Shown: in pieces, positions 60,170 through 64,000 of the stretch
Layout of the letters: each line of letters begins with the position of its first letter
Position numbering within the stretch: position 1 is the first letter of the stretch
DNA from: Planctomycetota bacterium
GTDB lineage: Bacteria; Planctomycetota; SZUA-567; H5-PLA8
Direction: 5' to 3'
Length of the DNA: 64,000 nucleotides
Assembly (NCBI GenBank): GCA_037129555.1
Contig: JBAXUS010000003.1
Coordinates: 3,786 to 67,785, forward strand
Notes under the pieces: model-generated
Databases searched by the model: none
Told to the model about the DNA's origin: nothing
The model's input: the letters and a program-made list of their open reading frames with translations, nothing else
Program-made: the position numbers and the translations under genes

Positions 60170-60522
60170 TGCGCAGCCTTTGTTTCCGTGTGCCCGTCGT
60201 GAGAGGCCGCTGCTTCCGCGTGGCCTTTTCCATGGCTATCTGCAGCGCCCAACGCGAGGCTGGTCGAAACGACAAAGGCCAGGACACAGGCCATCCCGAT
60301 GCCCATGAGAACGAGAAACCAGGGAGCGACGGCGGGTAACGTGCTGGGCCCCGGCGGTTCGGTGTTGTAGTCGCCGGCGCCACCCCCGTGGCCATGATCG
60401 TCGTGGCCGTGTCCGCCATGTTCGTCATGCCCGCCGTGTGAATCGTGAGCGGCGTGGCTGTCAGGCGCGGCGTGATCATCATGTCCGTGGCTGCCGTGTT
60501 CGTCGTGACCGTGTTCCGACAT
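60166..60522 (-). CDS. Small His-rich single-pass membrane protein
   Basis: 15 His in the first 45 aa, one TM helix, His-rich tail; SD GAGG; stop overlaps the next start (TTGA). Confidence 0.75.
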   Translation of the reverse strand: MSEHGHDEHGSHGHDDHAAPDSHAAHDSHGGHDEHGGHGHDDHGHGGGAGDYNTEPPGPSTLPAVAPWFLVLMGIGMACVLAFVVSTSLALGAADSHGKGHAEAAASHDGHTETKAAH

Positions 60523-60706
60523 TCGAGTATCCTCGTTCTAGACGTTTCAAAACAAGCGCAGACTGCCATCGCGTGTTGCATGAGTCGCGGTGGCGCTGGT
60601 TTGGTTTAGACTGTTTCAAGTCGACGCGGCATTTTACCGCAAATCAGACGCAATTGCAGCATCATTCCTTCAACACGAGGCGGTGGAAAAAGTTTCTTGA
60701 CAACGA

Positions 60707-60792
60707 ATCAAGAGCCGCGCACGTTAGTAAGTGGCAAAGGTTATATTAATCGCATCGGATTTTGCCGCTTACTAACGTGCGCGGCTCTTGAT
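60707..60792. repeat. REPIN-like inverted doublet
   Basis: 32 bp arms (ATCAAGAGCCGCGCACGTTAGTAAGTGGCAAA, one mismatch) around a 22 bp spacer; partial copy at 31279-31293. Confidence 0.85.
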
Positions 60793-60918
60793 GAACCCAC
60801 CTTGATTGACGAGTGAGTGCGCGATAAATTGGTGGTTGAATGCGTCAATGACGGGTTGTTCACGATGGATAGACGGACGTGAAATTCATCCGAATCGCGC
60901 GAGTGTGGAAAGAGCAGA

Positions 60919-61674
60919 ATGACATTCGAACATATGAACGGGACGCACTCGCGACGAGTCGTCATATCGCTGCTTGTTCTGGCGATCTCATTCGGGATCC
61001 ACGCGGGGGAATTGTATTCGGACCCGATTGCCGGGTATTCGGTTTCGATTCCCACCGGGTATCGAAAGTTGACGGAGGACGAGACGCGGGATGTCTTCAC
61101 CGGATTGAGCGACGCGTTGGGCAAAGACGCGGGCGAACGTGTGCGCAAACGCCCGCCGGTGTGGTTCATCGGGCCGTCGAATCCGAAAGTGGCGAACGAA
61201 CATCCGCCGTCGTTTGCGATTGCGTTCAGCGAAAATCAGGAGCAGATCGACCCGGCTCAAATCCCGGCGTATCGCGACATGATTTTGGAAAAAAGAAAGC
61301 GCGACGGCGACAAGCCCGGTGATGTGACTTTAAGTGTGATCAAAGTGGACGGCATTAATGCGTTGCAGGAAGAATGCGATTTGTTGAATCGGGCGAATCA
61401 GGAACGCAGCTTTTTGATTCGTGTGGCGGTGCCGGGAAAAGGGAAGTGGTACGAACTGGTTTTCAATTACAGTGCGGAACAGAATGAGGGTGTGCGCGTG
61501 GCGTTGAAAGAGGCGTTGGCGACATTTAAGGTGATGGAGCATCCGCCTGAAAATGTGGAGAACGCGGCGAAATGGTTGCGTGTTTTGTATTACACGGTGG
61601 GGTTTGGATTGGTGGGGGTGGTGTTGAGTTTTATTATGAGGAAATTGGGTGGGGAGAAGGATGGGAGTAAGTAA
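60919..61674 (+). CDS. Exported/membrane-anchored hypothetical protein (PsbP/DcrB-like fold)
   Basis: Signal peptide, YSDPIAGYSVSIPTGY, VDGINAL…YELVF…LATFKV pattern, C-terminal TM helix. Confidence 0.65.
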   Translation: MTFEHMNGTHSRRVVISLLVLAISFGIHAGELYSDPIAGYSVSIPTGYRKLTEDETRDVFTGLSDALGKDAGERVRKRPPVWFIGPSNPKVANEHPPSFAIAFSENQEQIDPAQIPAYRDMILEKRKRDGDKPGDVTLSVIKVDGINALQEECDLLNRANQERSFLIRVAVPGKGKWYELVFNYSAEQNEGVRVALKEALATFKVMEHPPENVENAAKWLRVLYYTVGFGLVGVVLSFIMRKLGGEKDGSK

Positions 61675-61696
61675 TGCGGGGCTCTGAATTTAAGCA

Positions 61697-61751
61697 GACG
61701 GGCTATAAGCCCGTCCTACTTATGCTACGTAGGACACGCTTATAGCCCGTC
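61697..61751. repeat. GTAG-family REP doublet between convergent genes
   Basis: GACGGGCTATAAGCCCGTCCTAC-N9-GTAGGACACGCTTATAGCCCGTC. Confidence 0.85.
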
Positions 61752-61769
61752 AGTGTGAATTCGAAAATG

Positions 61770-62387
61770 TTAATGCGGTTGGGCTGCGTGTTCTGCGGTC
61801 TTTTCGCCAGCTTTTTCTTCGTGACCACCTGCATGTTTTTCATGCTTTGGAATGTGCGTGTAGGCGATGATCATGAAACAAATACCGACCGCTCCAAGGC
61901 ACAACGACACGTACCAAAATCCTCGGCGTTTGGTCAGCACGGAGATGGCTCCGATGGCGATGGACATTTGAAACATCGTGACGGACAGCGCGAAGTTTTC
62001 CTGCGCTTCAGAGTGGGCCTTTGACAACGTGGTCACGGTTTCTGCTTCCACTTTTGCGGCGGCGCGCTTGGCGTCGTATTCATCGATTTTGGCTTTGTCC
62101 TTCGGGTCGGCCACTTTGCCCACTGCGGCTAAAATGTCGACCTTGGATTGGAGCAGGACTTTCTCAATGCCCTTGGATTGATAGTACGACCATTTGTCGA
62201 ACGCTTCGCTGTGTTCTTTCATCGACTCGCTTTCAAAATGGCTCGAGCACAGCGCGGCGACGGCTGCAAACGCGGCGAGGAACGCGGTGCTCAGCGCCAC
62301 CATACTAATCCATTTCTCTTTCGATTCGTGCGCGTTGTGTTGGATGTGTTCATGAAGTTCTTCGAGTGGGACTTCGATTTCAGCCAT
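61770..62387 (-). CDS. DUF4337 membrane protein
   Basis: VALSTAFLAAFAA, DKWSYYQSKGI, FQMSIAIGAISVLT; SD GGAG. Confidence 0.88.
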   Translation of the reverse strand: MAEIEVPLEELHEHIQHNAHESKEKWISMVALSTAFLAAFAAVAALCSSHFESESMKEHSEAFDKWSYYQSKGIEKVLLQSKVDILAAVGKVADPKDKAKIDEYDAKRAAAKVEAETVTTLSKAHSEAQENFALSVTMFQMSIAIGAISVLTKRRGFWYVSLCLGAVGICFMIIAYTHIPKHEKHAGGHEEKAGEKTAEHAAQPH

Positions 62388-62497
62388 GGTGTTCTCCGAT
62401 GATAAAGGGTCCCGAGCCTTTCTGGATGGCTGCGGGAACGTAAAAAAACGAGTGGATATCGACGCCTATTATTCGCGAAAACGGCGGCGATTCAATG

Positions 62498-63994
62498 CTA
62501 TTTCCACTGCTCCACAATATGCGTGAGCAAGCGCGTTCCGAATCCTGTCGGGCCGGAGCAGAAGGGCGCTTTGTCGTGGTCGATGTCGGCGACTCCGGCA
62601 ATGTCGATGTGCGCCCAGGGAATTTTGGAGTCGATGAAATTGCACAGGAACGCGGCACCTTGAATGGGGTGGGCGTCGCGGGTTGGGGCGCTGTTCCAGA
62701 GGTCGGCTTGTTTGGCTTTCATCATCTCGCGGTAGTCGTCGTGCATCGGGAGTCGCCAGACGCGTTCGCCGGTGACAGAGGACGAATGCTCGATTTGCTC
62801 GCGCAGCACCGCATCGGCGCACCAATATCCGGCGAACGTTTTGCCCAAACCGACGACGACTCCGCCGGTCAATGTGGCGACGTCGATCACGGCGCTGGGC
62901 GCGAATTCTTTGCTGCCGTAGATCAAGGCGTCGGCGAGGACCAGGCGGCCTTCGGCGTCGGTGTTGGTGACTTCGACGCTGACGCCATTGGGGTATTGCA
63001 GGATGTCATCGACGCGCAGCGCGTTGTTGGAGATCGAATTTTCAGCGGTCGGAAGCAGGCCGACGACTCGGACGCCGGGCTTCATGCGCGAGATGGCGTG
63101 CATCGCTCCGAGCACGGCCATGCCGCCGCATTTGTCGTATTTCATACCGCGCATGCCTTCGCGCGTTTTGATCGAGAGACCGCCGGTGTCGTAGCTGATC
63201 GTTTTGCCGATGAGCACAATCGTCTTGGTGAATTTGCTGGTGGGCGTGTAAACCAATTCGATCATGCAGGGCGGATTTTCAGAAGCTTTGCCGACGTGTT
63301 CCAAGCCAACGAAACGCGCCTTTTTGAGCGCCGGGCCTTTGATGACTTTGCATTTCAGGTTGCCGCAGGCTTCGGCCAGTTGTAGCGCATATTCGGCGAT
63401 GTATTTAGTGGTGGCCACGTTGGGCGGTGTTGCGGCGAGCGTGCGGGCGACGTTGGCTGATGCGGCAAGCGCTACACCTTTCTTGGTGGCTTCAATCAAA
63501 TCGTCCGGATCGATGTTTGAAACCAGCGAGAGCGAGAGTTCGCCAATCGGAGCATCTTCCGATTTTTTCTTTTTGAACGTGAGATATTTCCAATTCGCGA
63601 GGCCTATGCCTTCACCCAAGGCTATACCGACGGTTTTCGCGTTGAGGGAGGCGAAGAGTTCGTTGGGGAATGAGACGAGCACGTCCTGAACTTCGAGCTT
63701 AAGGAGGCGCTTCAGCACTTTTCCAAATGCGGAGCGGATGATGTCGGCGGAGAGGTCTTTGCGATTGCCGAGGCCGAGCAGACCGACGACGGAACCGTCG
63801 GCACATTGAATGGGCGTCCATTCGCCGCTGTCACCGCTGACGTCCGGGCGTTTAATGGTGGAGGAAATAATCCGGGCATGGTGGGCGTCGAGCGGTTGGT
63901 CGCACGAGTGGAGCGTCTTGTCCGCGAACATGAGGCAAATGGAAACATGGGGCTGGGTCGGCAGTTTGCCGAAAACGCGGATGGATTCGTACAC
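62498..63994 (-). CDS. pepA: Leucyl aminopeptidase (M17), start possibly beyond the window
   Basis: GKTISYDTGG, MKYDKCG, NTDAEGRLVLAD, ATLTG, WAHIDIAG. Confidence 0.93.
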   Translation of the reverse strand: MYESIRVFGKLPTQPHVSICLMFADKTLHSCDQPLDAHHARIISSTIKRPDVSGDSGEWTPIQCADGSVVGLLGLGNRKDLSADIIRSAFGKVLKRLLKLEVQDVLVSFPNELFASLNAKTVGIALGEGIGLANWKYLTFKKKKSEDAPIGELSLSLVSNIDPDDLIEATKKGVALAASANVARTLAATPPNVATTKYIAEYALQLAEACGNLKCKVIKGPALKKARFVGLEHVGKASENPPCMIELVYTPTSKFTKTIVLIGKTISYDTGGLSIKTREGMRGMKYDKCGGMAVLGAMHAISRMKPGVRVVGLLPTAENSISNNALRVDDILQYPNGVSVEVTNTDAEGRLVLADALIYGSKEFAPSAVIDVATLTGGVVVGLGKTFAGYWCADAVLREQIEHSSSVTGERVWRLPMHDDYREMMKAKQADLWNSAPTRDAHPIQGAAFLCNFIDSKIPWAHIDIAGVADIDHDKAPFCSGPTGFGTRLLTHIVEQWK

Positions 63995-64000
63995 GCGAGA

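Overview
A gene-dense, GC-rich bacterial chromosomal window, most likely from a planctomycete (inferred from a PSD/DUF1592 planctomycete-cytochrome protein, a Hanks kinase with a membrane anchor, FHA proteins and lineage-typical REP elements). Housekeeping genes recognised: lpxC, rnr, trmB, gltB-gltD (with a consensus sigma-54 promoter), cysK, a NUDIX hydrolase, a SAM hydrolase, a SufT/DUF59 protein, an ArnT-like glycosyltransferase and pepA. The main accessory locus is a ~14.5 kb type IV filament/T2SS-like operon (12631-27111). It encodes a PilM-PilN fusion, PilO- and PilP-like proteins, a TPR protein and five prepilins. Its giant GspK-like and GspJ-like pilins carry repeated modules resembling phage virion/tail repeats. 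Other points of interest: (1) an Rrf2-cysK-DUF2061 locus in which both flanking proteins end in a CysK-docking-like D-F-x-I tail; (2) a translationally coupled His-rich protein / FHA-AsmA-like giant protein / SurA-like operon; (3) two small ORFs missing from the ORF track, a bL37-like ribosomal protein and a GGK-tailed membrane peptide in a DUF4178-DUF350 operon; (4) at least five REP/REPIN families in intergenic gaps. I saw no rRNA, tRNA, CRISPR array, transposase or integrase. All family assignments come from motif recognition by eye, not database searches.
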